Shown here: positions 48,524-57,774 of the stretch, piece by piece | Layout: each line of letters begins with the position of its first letter | Position numbering within the stretch: position 1 is the stretch's first letter | IMG/VR virus record: IMGVR_UViG_3300037483_000299 | Coordinates: 30,090-94,089 of that record | Source of the DNA: a virus | Strand: one strand, 5' to 3' | Length of the DNA: 64,000 bases | Made by a program: the position numbers and the translations under genes | The notes under the pieces: model-generated | The model's database searches: none | Seen by the model: the letters and a program-made list of their open reading frames with translations, nothing else | Told to the model about the DNA's origin: nothing

Positions 48524-49044
48524 CCGGGTTCTCGTGGGTCTGCGTATTCGCGGGGCTCGTGCCGTTGGCCGTGCTGTGGCTGGAACGGCGACGCGGGTAC
48601 CGACGTGTCTGGTGGCTCCTGGGCACGGCGTTTTCCGTGTCCACCGTGGCCGATCTCGCCCGGACATTCGGCGCCCCACCCTGGACGGTCTCGGCGGTGT
48701 TTCCGCTCAGCCAGTTCGGCTTCCTCTTTCTGGCGCTGGCGGGATCGTGGACGGCGGCGGCGCTCTTGATGGGACTCGCCACCCTTGCAACCTGGGCGGT
48801 GCTGCGAGGTGCGTGGGAGCGACCCGACGCGACGCTCACGGTGGCCGGAGGGATGGCTGTCGTCGGGTTGTTGTCTCGGGCACCGTCCCGGACCCGCTTC
48901 GCGCTGGCCGTCTACTTCGGGCTCGGCGCGGCGGCGTGGTTCTGGTACTGTACCGATCCCGGTACCGCTCCCTACTTGGTCTACCAGTGGTGCCGGTTGA
49001 TCGGCCTCGCGGCGGTGACCGTGGAGGTGTGGCGTGAACACTGA
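48517..49044 (+). CDS. Multi-pass membrane protein
   Basis: Homolog of 26435-26986 (AGL.PL, F.VS.VADLA, YFGLG, YQ.CR). Confidence 0.75.
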   Translation: MLTGFSWVCVFAGLVPLAVLWLERRRGYRRVWWLLGTAFSVSTVADLARTFGAPPWTVSAVFPLSQFGFLFLALAGSWTAAALLMGLATLATWAVLRGAWERPDATLTVAGGMAVVGLLSRAPSRTRFALAVYFGLGAAAWFWYCTDPGTAPYLVYQWCRLIGLAAVTVEVWREH

Positions 49045-49309
49045 ATCCATCGTCATGCTCATCCTGAGCGGCGTGGTCACCGTGGTGGGCGGCATCCTGA
49101 TCCTGATGGGCCGGTTTGCCCTCACGCGCATGGATGAAGCCCTGAAGGACATGGCCGAATTGAAAGGCGCGGTCCTTGGGGTCGAAGGCAGAGGCGGGTT
49201 GCTCCAAGAGATGGAACGGCTCCGTGATTGGCGGAACGATGACGTGTCGCCGATGCTGGCGCGTCACGAATCAGACATCGGCCAGCTCAAGCAGGACCGG
49301 AACCGATGA
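49034..49309 (+). CDS. Single-TM coiled-coil protein
   Basis: GGAGG RBS, TM plus heptads. Confidence 0.55.
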   Translation: MNTESIVMLILSGVVTVVGGILILMGRFALTRMDEALKDMAELKGAVLGVEGRGGLLQEMERLRDWRNDDVSPMLARHESDIGQLKQDRNR

Positions 49310-49527
49310 AAGACAACTTCACCAAGATCGTGCGGAAGGTCGCACTCGCCATGTTCGTGGTGACGGTGCTCGGCGGGTTGGCAGGCTGGGTACTTGGGCG
49401 TGACCCCTCGGTCCTCACTGGGCTGATGGGCTTCGTGACCACCGCGCTCTTTGTCGGCGAAGCCAGCAATATCGGGAAGAGGGCGACGTTCAAACCAGAA
49501 GCAGTAGTACCGGAGGCGACACCATGA
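49306..49527 (+). CDS. Holin-like 2-TM protein
   Basis: Two TMs, GKR.T then PEATP tail like 26988-27275. Confidence 0.5.
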   Translation: MKDNFTKIVRKVALAMFVVTVLGGLAGWVLGRDPSVLTGLMGFVTTALFVGEASNIGKRATFKPEAVVPEATP

Positions 49528-50549
49528 AATCGGCCTGGCTCATCGCGGTCCTGCTGGCACTCAACAGTCCCCTGCACGCGCAGGACACCGTTCAGGTCCG
49601 GCCAGGGGCGATGGTTTGCGGTGGCTGGGTGGTGCCCGACACCACGCCCGGGACGGTGTTCCGCTGCCAGGTGAACGGGCCGAACGACATGCGCCGGGTG
49701 CGCGCGGTTGTCGTTGTGGTCGTGGTGGACAGCGTGCCGGCGCCACCACCACCTCCTCCACCCCCACCGGTGGACACGGTGAAGCCACCGCCACCGCCAC
49801 CTCCGCCACCGTCAGATACGGTGTCGAGCGGCTGGCGCGAGGTCTTCCGGGATGACTTCGAGACGGGCAACCTGACGCTTGCCACGGGCGGATACCGTTG
49901 GGGCGGCTCGAGCGCGGGACAAGGGGATGGCCGGCCAGCGGTCGTGACTGCGGCGGCGCATTCCGGCACCAAAGCCTTGCGGTTCACCTTTGCCGGGAAT
50001 GCGAATCTCGCGGATGATGCGTGGAGCGAGCAGCGGTTCGTCTTGGGGGACACGCTCAAGGCTGTCCGGCTGGAATGGTGGATCTTCCTACCGCCAGACT
50101 TCACGATCCGCAACGCCGACGGGCCGGACAACAACAAGTTCCTGCGCCTCTGGGGCGGCGATGAGACGGACGGCAACAACGGCTACAGCCGCTTCCGGGT
50201 CAAAGCTGGCTACTCGTTCCAGCTCGGGCCCCAGATCATCGCGGAATCCGGGACGGCGAGTCGTGCCGTCGGACCGCAGGGGTTGACCGGCTGGCGAGGA
50301 TTACCGGCGCTGGGTCGTTGGGTGCCCATCGCCGTCGAAGTCACGGTCGCCACGGCGACGACGCCGGGGACGATGCTGCTCTGGGTGGACGGCCAACTGG
50401 TGAGTGTTAATCGGGAGAACGTTGCCATCTATCCGACGGGCGGGACGGGAAACTGGTTCAGGCACGGCTATCTTCTCGGGTGGGCGAACTCTGGATTCAC
50501 CCAGACCACGACTGTCTACATCGACGACTTCACCGTGCGGGTGCGGTGA
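49524..50549 (+). CDS. Secreted protein with poly-Pro linker and polysaccharide-lyase/LamG-like domain
   Basis: Signal peptide; DDFETG...NNKFLRLW...LWVDG...YIDDF. Confidence 0.75.
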   Translation: MKSAWLIAVLLALNSPLHAQDTVQVRPGAMVCGGWVVPDTTPGTVFRCQVNGPNDMRRVRAVVVVVVVDSVPAPPPPPPPPPVDTVKPPPPPPPPPSDTVSSGWREVFRDDFETGNLTLATGGYRWGGSSAGQGDGRPAVVTAAAHSGTKALRFTFAGNANLADDAWSEQRFVLGDTLKAVRLEWWIFLPPDFTIRNADGPDNNKFLRLWGGDETDGNNGYSRFRVKAGYSFQLGPQIIAESGTASRAVGPQGLTGWRGLPALGRWVPIAVEVTVATATTPGTMLLWVDGQLVSVNRENVAIYPTGGTGNWFRHGYLLGWANSGFTQTTTVYIDDFTVRVR

Positions 50550-50591
50550 CGGTGCTCGGCGGGTTCACACTTCATCGGAGGGATAAGGGAC

Positions 50592-51182
50592 ATGGCGTTC
50601 GAGCGCGGACAACTCAGTGACAGTGGCCGGGTCGGGGCGCATAGCCTCGCGAACCAGGGCATCAAGTGGCGCTGTCAGTACCAGGTGGATAAGCGGTGGA
50701 TTGCGCCGGATGGGGAGCACGACGCCGGCGACTACGAGACGATCTACGGGGAGGGGAATACCCTCGCCAATGGTGGGGCTGATGTAATCTGGAAGCGCCT
50801 GATCGTCTTGAACCCGACCACGAGCGCCACAGGGGCGGTGCTCCAAGGGTTCAGTTCCGGCACGTCCCGGATTGGTGTCGGCATCAGCTCGGCCGCCGCT
50901 GCGGCATCGCAGACCGATCTCCAGGCCACGGCACCCAACAAGACGTATGACGGCATGGAGTCGGGCTACCCGACCCACACCACGGGCACCAGCACAGCGG
51001 CGCGGTCAGCCTCGTGGCGGTCGCTGTTCACCACGGCGCAGGCCAACTTCGCGTGGAAAGAGTGGGCGCTGTTCAACTCGACGGGCGCGAGCCGACGGAT
51101 GTTGAACCGCAAGGTCCAGAGCTTGGGCACGAAGACCAGCGCGGCCCAGTGGACCTTTACCGTCACGCTGACTCTCAGTTAA
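50592..51182 (+). CDS. Virion structural protein
   Basis: Q.DLQA...ANFAW.EW..FN....MLNRKV.SLGTKTS. Confidence 0.7.
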   Translation: MAFERGQLSDSGRVGAHSLANQGIKWRCQYQVDKRWIAPDGEHDAGDYETIYGEGNTLANGGADVIWKRLIVLNPTTSATGAVLQGFSSGTSRIGVGISSAAAAASQTDLQATAPNKTYDGMESGYPTHTTGTSTAARSASWRSLFTTAQANFAWKEWALFNSTGASRRMLNRKVQSLGTKTSAAQWTFTVTLTLS

Positions 51183-51192
51183 GGGTCCAGTT

Positions 51193-52287
51193 GTGACGCT
51201 GATGGTGGTGACCCAGCGGCGTGCGCCGGGGTTGCAGGAGGTCATTGCGTCAGCGACCGATGCCTGGGCGCTGACTGACAGTGGGGCCGTGAGTATTCCG
51301 GGATCTCCGCCCGTTCTGGATAGTGTGACCGAACGGGATAGTGGTTCTGATGCAGGGGGGTCGGCGTTTGCGTTGGCGGGGTCGAATCTGTCAGCCGTGA
51401 CGAGTGTCACGTTCAATGGGGTTGCGGCGACGAGTCTTGTCGCCACAGCGACCACAATTACCGGGCTCACGCCGGCCTACGCGGCGGGGGCCGCAGTCAC
51501 AGGGACGCAAGTAGACATCGTAGCGAACAACGGTTCAGGTATTGATACGCTAGCTAATGCGTGGCGGTACTTTCCTGCTCCTACGACAACGTTGTTCACC
51601 GAGGACTTCGAGACCGGTTCTCTCACGGCCGGCTGGTTGGGAACGACGGGCGGCACGGGATCGCTGACCATTCAGGACGATAACGATGCGGTGAGCGGGA
51701 CAAAGATCATCCGCTGCCGGGTGACCGACAACAGCTCATCGAGCCTTGCCTATGTCAACCTGAGTAGTGGATCGCGAATCGCCAACACCTTCTTTACAAA
51801 TACCCGCGGCGTCTACATGCGATGGTGGCAGCGGGTCTCACAGTCTACCATCACCAACTCCGGCCTCAATGGACAGGTCAAGATTCATCTCTGCCGGGCG
51901 GCGGGCGATCCGGCGGATTGGCTCACTGTCGGCCTGGGGCCGCAGTTCCAGTCCAATAACCGCATGGATGCGCTCATCAACGGCAATGGCTACATCCTGA
52001 AGGACGAGTACGGCGACAACAATTTGTACCCCCTGACCGCTGACGAGTGGTTGGAGATTCAGGTTCGCTACTACCGCGACAACGCCACCTCGCGTGGCTT
52101 CGCCTTCTTCTGGATCAACGGAAAGTTTTACGGGAGCCAGAATGGCTTTAGTTCGTTGAGTCAGAATAGTCCGCCGGCCAACTGGAACCCGGAGTTCGGT
52201 ATCTCGTTCCAACAGAGCAACCTAAACGGCGAGAAGATCATTGATCTTGATGATCTAGAGATCGCCAACGGATTCATTGAGCCATGA
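51193..52287 (+). CDS. Virion protein with IPT/TIG domain plus LamG/lyase-like domain
   Basis: P.L.SV....GS.AGG....L.G.N...VTF.G...TP; EDFETG...WING...DDLEI. Confidence 0.7.
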   Translation: MTLMVVTQRRAPGLQEVIASATDAWALTDSGAVSIPGSPPVLDSVTERDSGSDAGGSAFALAGSNLSAVTSVTFNGVAATSLVATATTITGLTPAYAAGAAVTGTQVDIVANNGSGIDTLANAWRYFPAPTTTLFTEDFETGSLTAGWLGTTGGTGSLTIQDDNDAVSGTKIIRCRVTDNSSSSLAYVNLSSGSRIANTFFTNTRGVYMRWWQRVSQSTITNSGLNGQVKIHLCRAAGDPADWLTVGLGPQFQSNNRMDALINGNGYILKDEYGDNNLYPLTADEWLEIQVRYYRDNATSRGFAFFWINGKFYGSQNGFSSLSQNSPPANWNPEFGISFQQSNLNGEKIIDLDDLEIANGFIEP

Positions 52288-52982
52288 CCTGGACGGTGAC
52301 GGAAACCGGCTTCCCGAGCGGCGGCAGCTCGACGAACCAGGCGGCGTACAACATGCCGTCGGCAACTTACGCCACCGGGAAGCTCTACAAGGTGACCGTG
52401 AGTTCGCTTGGGCTGGCGGCCGTGGACCCTGCGATTCCGACGCTGACGCTGGCTGGCCTCACGTTCACGCAGCGCCAAACGATCCTGACCTCAGCGGCCG
52501 AGGGTGGGCGGCGAACCACGGTCTGGACAGCGATCGGGAATGTCACCGGCAACATCAACATCGACTGGGGAGCAGAAGTCCAGTCAGCCGTCCAGTACAA
52601 AGTCGTGCAGGTCGAGAACGACGCGGGCACGCCGGAGTTCGTGCAGGTCAGCCCGGATACCGACCAAGCCACGAGCACGGCCCCGACGGCGAACTTGGCC
52701 GCATTTGCCGACGCGGGGAACCTGATGCTGCTCTGGGTGAGCTGGCGAGTAGCAGCCACGACCTTCGCCAAGGATGCCGCACATACGGATCTGACTGGTG
52801 GAGCTGTACCGGGTGGCGATAATCTTGCCCAGGACGGCGCCTACTTTGTGGGCGAGGATACGACCCCGAGCGGGACGCTATCTGCGTCCACTGCATGGCG
52901 GGCGGTGGCGCTAGAAATCGGACTGGAATCTGAAGGCACCGCCCTCCCGATCACGGAATCCATCCTGATCCGGTACGTCTAA
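52284..52982 (+). CDS. Virion structural protein
   Basis: Thr/Ala-rich beta protein; coupled. Confidence 0.55.
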   Translation: MTWTVTETGFPSGGSSTNQAAYNMPSATYATGKLYKVTVSSLGLAAVDPAIPTLTLAGLTFTQRQTILTSAAEGGRRTTVWTAIGNVTGNINIDWGAEVQSAVQYKVVQVENDAGTPEFVQVSPDTDQATSTAPTANLAAFADAGNLMLLWVSWRVAATTFAKDAAHTDLTGGAVPGGDNLAQDGAYFVGEDTTPSGTLSASTAWRAVALEIGLESEGTALPITESILIRYV

Positions 52983-54035
52983 GTGCCGGAGTTCACTGAT
53001 TCCGATGCGCTGACCTTCGCGGAGTCGAGTACCCAGCTCGACTATGCTGATACCGTCAATACCGCTAGCCTGACCGAGGAAGGCGGGTTCGGTGGGGAAG
53101 ACAGCGCCACCGTCAGTGAATCGGAGTCAGGCACCGCGATCGTCACCGCCACGGCGGACACCGGGACGCTGGCCGAAGTCCATACCTTGGGCATCCCCTC
53201 GGTTGACAGTGACAACGCAACGCTCGCTGAGGAGACCCAGCTTACTAGTACGACCCCGACGGATGACGATGCCCTGACGTTCGCCGAGGCCAGTAGCCAA
53301 CTGGACTATGCGGACACGGCTGACGGGGCCACGCTTGGGGAATCCGGGACCGCCGTCCCGATTGAGTTCCTGACGGCGACCGATGCGTTCACGCTGACCG
53401 ATCCCGATGGTTCAATCCTTGACCAGCCGACCGAGGCTATCACCCTCTCGGAAGGAACTGTCGAGATCACGGTCAATGACTTAGTGGCAGAAGCGACGCT
53501 CACCGAGTCCGTGGCCATTGCGGTCGAATCGAGCGATGCGCTGAGTCTGGCCGATGCCGGGCAGATTGATGCGCAATCCGCCCTGGAGTTGACGGACAGC
53601 GACTCCATGACGCTCACCGAAGCGGTGGCGCTTGTGGTGAGCCTTGTGGACACCGAGGCGATGACCCAGACGGACGGGGTGGTGGTCATTGGGGTGGGAA
53701 GTCAGACGGCGACCGTCACCAATCCTGATGAGTCCCAGGAAGTCCAGACGGTCAATGTCGAGGCGCTTACCGTCACGGACGCTGGCGCCCTGACCGAGCT
53801 GTACACGGCGATAGACAGTGGGACGCTTGGGGAATCCGCCGTCGTGGAGATCGGCGGCTCTATCCTCCTGGTAGTGGTCACGGATAGTGATACCTTGGCG
53901 TTGACCGATGCCGGGACCGCAGTCCTTGGGCTGACAGGCCATGCTCACGGCACGGCAATCCTGGTGGCCCGGCTCGATGGCACGGCAACCCTGACCCCGA
54001 AAATGGCGGGCACGGCATCCGGCGGACTGGACTAG
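52983..54035 (+). CDS. Highly acidic repeat-rich virion protein
   Basis: Repeating (T/S)D...TL.E units; duplicated DALTFAE.S.QLDYADT. Confidence 0.65.
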   Translation: MPEFTDSDALTFAESSTQLDYADTVNTASLTEEGGFGGEDSATVSESESGTAIVTATADTGTLAEVHTLGIPSVDSDNATLAEETQLTSTTPTDDDALTFAEASSQLDYADTADGATLGESGTAVPIEFLTATDAFTLTDPDGSILDQPTEAITLSEGTVEITVNDLVAEATLTESVAIAVESSDALSLADAGQIDAQSALELTDSDSMTLTEAVALVVSLVDTEAMTQTDGVVVIGVGSQTATVTNPDESQEVQTVNVEALTVTDAGALTELYTAIDSGTLGESAVVEIGGSILLVVVTDSDTLALTDAGTAVLGLTGHAHGTAILVARLDGTATLTPKMAGTASGGLD

Positions 54036-54044
54036 GGAGGCGGT

Positions 54045-54389
54045 ATGGCGCACGCGACAGCGTGGTTCGACAACAACGACATGCAGGTCATGATGGACGA
54101 GGTGAAGTCCAGTACGATGGGCTCCACGTCCTACTTGAACAGCTCCACGGGGTTAACCTACCAGGTCTGGAAGGCCACCAGCACGTCGAGCACGGCCAAC
54201 CGGCTGATTGCTGCCACAAACCTGCCCTATGTCACGGGAACGAACGGGCGGTATCGGGCGACAGTCCAGAGCACGGCGGCGACGATTACGACCACCCAGC
54301 GGGGGATGGTGATCTTCACCCTATCGCACTCTGGCCTCAATGGGGAATGGCGGCTACATTGGCGGGGCGAGTATCGGCGGACCACCTAG
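54045..54389 (+). CDS. Thr-rich virion protein
   Basis: GGAGG RBS; Y..GTNG.Y. Confidence 0.55.
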   Translation: MAHATAWFDNNDMQVMMDEVKSSTMGSTSYLNSSTGLTYQVWKATSTSSTANRLIAATNLPYVTGTNGRYRATVQSTAATITTTQRGMVIFTLSHSGLNGEWRLHWRGEYRRTT

Positions 54390-54393
54390 ACCC

Positions 54394-54612
54394 GTGCTTA
54401 ACCCTCTTAATCTGGCCCCTGTGGCGCTGATCCCCCGGCTCCGGGTCAGAGTCTCCAGCCCCGACTACCTCGACCGGCTGGTGGTCTGGTGGACGACCTG
54501 GGGGGATCTCATGCCGGAATCGGCCAGCCGGGAGTTTCTGGAGATCATGCGGGAGGCGTGGACAGTCGAAACCACCGGAAGGGTTCTGCCTGACGTTCTT
54601 CCGCCAACGTGA
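54394..54612 (+). CDS. Small hypothetical protein
   Basis: Fills gap; overlaps convergent gene. Confidence 0.3.
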   Translation: MLNPLNLAPVALIPRLRVRVSSPDYLDRLVVWWTTWGDLMPESASREFLEIMREAWTVETTGRVLPDVLPPT

Positions 54613-55027
54613 TCTTGCTGTAGAGAGTCAGGTGTTTGGCGGGGATCGGGTTCCGCACGATTATGAACGGCTGATCGGCATGCCATTCCCACTGTTCGCC
54701 ATTCAAGAGTGTAAATGTCCCGCGATGACCAGCCGTTGTTACGCTCTTAACTCCATTATCCAGAAGCACTTGTCCAGTCTGGGTCAATATGTCGGACTCT
54801 TTGAATCGTGCCCTTATGACCACTAGGCTGCTAGTTCGATGTTTGGTCATTGCCCAGAGAGCTTGGCCTAGTCCCGTCAATCCTGTCTGGGGTTCAGGCC
54901 AACACCAAATACCCTGATCTATGTCCAAGAACTCAGTGATTCGTGGTTGCTGGAGTGGGTAAGGTTTGAGTCCATCCCGCTTGATCGTTTCCCACGCTTC
55001 AGCGGTGGTATAGTGATAGCCGATCAT
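54545..55027 (-). CDS. Hypothetical protein, possible ADP-ribosyltransferase-like fold
   Basis: YHYT......I...GLKP N-terminus, IP..L near C-terminus; lower GC. Confidence 0.45.
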   Translation of the reverse strand: MIGYHYTTAEAWETIKRDGLKPYPLQQPRITEFLDIDQGIWCWPEPQTGLTGLGQALWAMTKHRTSSLVVIRARFKESDILTQTGQVLLDNGVKSVTTAGHRGTFTLLNGEQWEWHADQPFIIVRNPIPAKHLTLYSKITLAEERQAEPFRWFRLSTPPA

Positions 55028-55506
55028 GAGCTCAACCGAAACCACCGCAGGGCCGTTACCCAGCGACCGTCCCGCCAGTAGGCTTCCCGAGCCTCCCCTT
55101 CCTGAGTGAAGCCAGCCTCCAGGAACACTAGGGCCCGGCGGTCGGTCAGGGTGTCGGTGTATAGGCGGTGGAGGCCCAAGACGTTAAAGCCGTGATGTAT
55201 GAGTGCGGCGAGAGCGTCCGGCTCAAGGTTGGGCAGCGCCATGCAAGCGACCTCGGCGCTCCGGTTCACCCAATCTAGATTCGTCAACCCGACGATGCCG
55301 AGAGCGGGACCATCACAGACATAGTAGCCATCCCAAACGTAGTACCGCATGGTCCGGCCCCCGTCTGCGGTCAGCCGCTCATACCATGCCTCTTGATCGG
55401 CGAGGGTGAGCAGCCGCCGTTCCCGGACGTGGCTGTAGACCTCCGGGCTGTTCCGTAGGTCCCGTATCCACGGCAGGTCGTCCCGCTCAATGGGGCGCAA
55501 GATCAT
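55024..55506 (-). CDS. GNAT N-acetyltransferase (PseH/RimJ-like)
   Basis: LRPIE.DDL..I..LRN, GF..LGLHRL, GF..EG..RE. Confidence 0.85.
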   Translation of the reverse strand: MILRPIERDDLPWIRDLRNSPEVYSHVRERRLLTLADQEAWYERLTADGGRTMRYYVWDGYYVCDGPALGIVGLTNLDWVNRSAEVACMALPNLEPDALAALIHHGFNVLGLHRLYTDTLTDRRALVFLEAGFTQEGEAREAYWRDGRWVTALRWFRLSS

Positions 55507-55549
55507 TCGACACCATCATACCGCCCCACCAATCGGGGCAAGGGGTTGC

Positions 55550-55738
55550 TCACCCTAGCCCAGGATCGGAACGACCGTAAAAAATCCAGGCCGATCCCAC
55601 TAGGGCGATGACAGCGCCGATGCCCAAAGCAAGAACGCCGGCCCATCCAGCCCTGAAAAAAACGGCACCCACCCAGCTGCCGAGCACTGCTCCAAAGACG
55701 ATAGCGGCGAACAGATCGAGCGTGTCTCGTATGGTCAT
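55550..55738 (-). CDS. Small 2-TM membrane protein
   Basis: Hydrophobic; coupled. Confidence 0.5.
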   Translation of the reverse strand: MTIRDTLDLFAAIVFGAVLGSWVGAVFFRAGWAGVLALGIGAVIALVGSAWIFYGRSDPGLG

Positions 55739-56394
55739 GGCATCTTCTCCGCTACCCGGCGGATCAAGGCCAGGTCTTCGGGGGTGTCGAGCGAGAGGTG
55801 GGGCACTGTCTCCGGTAGCACCGTGTAATGGCCATCTGCCGCGAACATGAGTCGAATCCATGGCGTCACATGTTCCCGGTCGTGGGGCTCAGTGGCCAGC
55901 GCATCGGCCACGTACAGCGCCGTCGCCGTGAACACCTCCACGTCGAAGCCTGACGGCACGGTTCGTACCGGGTAGATGTTGGACACGTACATAGCCCCGG
56001 TATCGAGGAGTCGCTTCACCTGCCCTTGGATGGCGACGGGATCAACGAGCGGGCAATCCCCGGTGATGCGGACTACCACGTCAGCCTTGTACTCACGAGC
56101 ACAGGCGGCATAGCGGTTGAGCACGTCATTCTCCGGGCCGTCCCACTTGAATACGGTAGAGAGGCCCGGCCTGAGGATGACTGGGGAGTCACCTAACCGG
56201 AACCACTGCAAGATCGTAGCCTCAAGTTCACTGTCCGTGGCCGGAATGGCAATAACGACGTGGTATCCCGCTTTGCGCGTTCGTCTATAGACTGTGCAGA
56301 TGGTTGACGAATCCCTGATTGTCTCCAGTACCTTCCCCGGAAACCGCTGTGAGGCCATGCGGGCCTGGATGATGCACACGACGTTGGGGGTCAT
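55735..56394 (-). CDS. SpsF/PseF-like cytidylyltransferase
   Basis: IIQARM.S.RFPGKVL, G.E.DVL.RY, RITGDCPL.DP, REHVT, SLDT.EDL. Confidence 0.9.
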   Translation of the reverse strand: MTPNVVCIIQARMASQRFPGKVLETIRDSSTICTVYRRTRKAGYHVVIAIPATDSELEATILQWFRLGDSPVILRPGLSTVFKWDGPENDVLNRYAACAREYKADVVVRITGDCPLVDPVAIQGQVKRLLDTGAMYVSNIYPVRTVPSGFDVEVFTATALYVADALATEPHDREHVTPWIRLMFAADGHYTVLPETVPHLSLDTPEDLALIRRVAEKMP

Positions 56395-56666
56395 GGTGTA
56401 TGCCAATCCTCTGCGTCAGGCTCAGCCCGGTCTTGTAAATGTTCGGCACGTTCCAAGAGCGCGCGTTGGCGGACTAAGAGTTCTTCGTAGGCGGGATTCG
56501 GGGTCATCCTTCTGGTGATGGTGTTGATGGATCCAATTAGCTGTACCGCCGCTGCTTCAAGGAAAGACAGATCGCAAGCAGTTGCGGTCTCGCGTACTTC
56601 GTCAGCGATCACCTTGAAGATGCGGACGTTCTCGGCCCGCTTGGCGGCCACTTCCTCATCAGTCAT
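56391..56666 (-). CDS. Hypothetical protein
   Basis: Coupled helical ORF. Confidence 0.5.
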   Translation of the reverse strand: MTDEEVAAKRAENVRIFKVIADEVRETATACDLSFLEAAAVQLIGSINTITRRMTPNPAYEELLVRQRALLERAEHLQDRAEPDAEDWHTP

Positions 56667-57220
56667 CGGATCTCCCGGATAATCTGGAACGGTTCAGCGT
56701 AGTCGCACATAGCGATGGCGCCCCAATTAGTGGCGCGGACCCAAAGTTGTTGGCTATTACGTGGGTGAGGCATTGGTTTTTGCTCAATAGTGTAGGCGTC
56801 CATCTCCATCATCTTCTGTTGGACATGCTCGGCCGTCAACTCCACAAACAGGTTGGGTGTGAACCGCTCATGCCACCAGTCGCTTGACCCCGGCACCTCC
56901 CCGCACCAGATGGCCCCACGATAGGTGGTCGGTCTGGCCGCCGCCATGACGGCCTCGAAGATGACGCGATGGTCCTTGTTCACGTCGGCCGGATGGTGGG
57001 TGATGACCACGGTAGGCTGGTGCGCCGTGATCGCCTGTTCTACCTGCCGCGTCCAGTTGATGAGCGGTTCATTGTCGAACATGTGGTCCGTGCCATCTTG
57101 CCGGCCCTTGTTCCCGAACCACACGTCGCCTCCGTACTTGGCCAGCGTCCCGCCGGCCAGCAACACCTCATCATCGGGATGCGCGGCGATTACGAGGATG
57201 CGCGGCAGAACGTCAGCCAT
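56663..57220 (-). CDS. PIG-L/LmbE-family deacetylase
   Basis: AHPDDE..GGT, THH..D...DH, AE.F. Confidence 0.88.
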   Translation of the reverse strand: MADVLPRILVIAAHPDDEVLLAGGTLAKYGGDVWFGNKGRQDGTDHMFDNEPLINWTRQVEQAITAHQPTVVITHHPADVNKDHRVIFEAVMAAARPTTYRGAIWCGEVPGSSDWWHERFTPNLFVELTAEHVQQKMMEMDAYTIEQKPMPHPRNSQQLWVRATNWGAIAMCDYAEPFQIIREIR

Positions 57221-57774
57221 TCCTCAAACTCCTCATCTCTCGCAATGGTGAGGCCCGGCTTTTCAGCGCGGGCCAAGTCAAGGCAGATTCGCGCGGCCAT
57301 CTCGACCCGCATAGCCGTCCACTCGGGTAGCGGCTGATCGGGCCAGAAGGATTCACCTCGGAGCATGGCGCGAGTGGCGTTATACATGAGCCCGGAGCGC
57401 CGCGGGGGCCCGTAGAGGCCGGGGAAGCGGACAACGTGGGTACGGTTGCTCCCAAGGCCAAATGGTGGGTCCTTCGTCAGTAGTTCTTCCGCAGCTCGCT
57501 TCTGGTCGGCATACTCGCTGCCTTCAGCTCGCGTGCTGACAAACACGACGAATGACGGTCGCCAATCCACAAGGCATTCGGTTAGCAACCAGCCGAGGCC
57601 GATCATGTCCGTTGCGGGCGGCATTGGCCATGCAGCGTGGATCACAACACGCCGCTGATACCATCTGCGTCCAAGGATGCTCCAGTTCTCCCGAGGGACC
57701 GGCACCACGTCGGACCCGCCGAGCCTCATGATGTGTTGGCCCAGATAGCCCGAGGCCCCGGTGAGGTAGATCAT
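57190..57774 (-). CDS. NAD-dependent epimerase/dehydratase-like protein (short)
   Basis: TGASGYLG, HAAW, Y..QK.AAE, R.PGLYGP. Confidence 0.75.
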   Translation of the reverse strand: MIYLTGASGYLGQHIMRLGGSDVVPVPRENWSILGRRWYQRRVVIHAAWPMPPATDMIGLGWLLTECLVDWRPSFVVFVSTRAEGSEYADQKRAAEELLTKDPPFGLGSNRTHVVRFPGLYGPPRRSGLMYNATRAMLRGESFWPDQPLPEWTAMRVEMAARICLDLARAEKPGLTIARDEEFEEWLTFCRASS

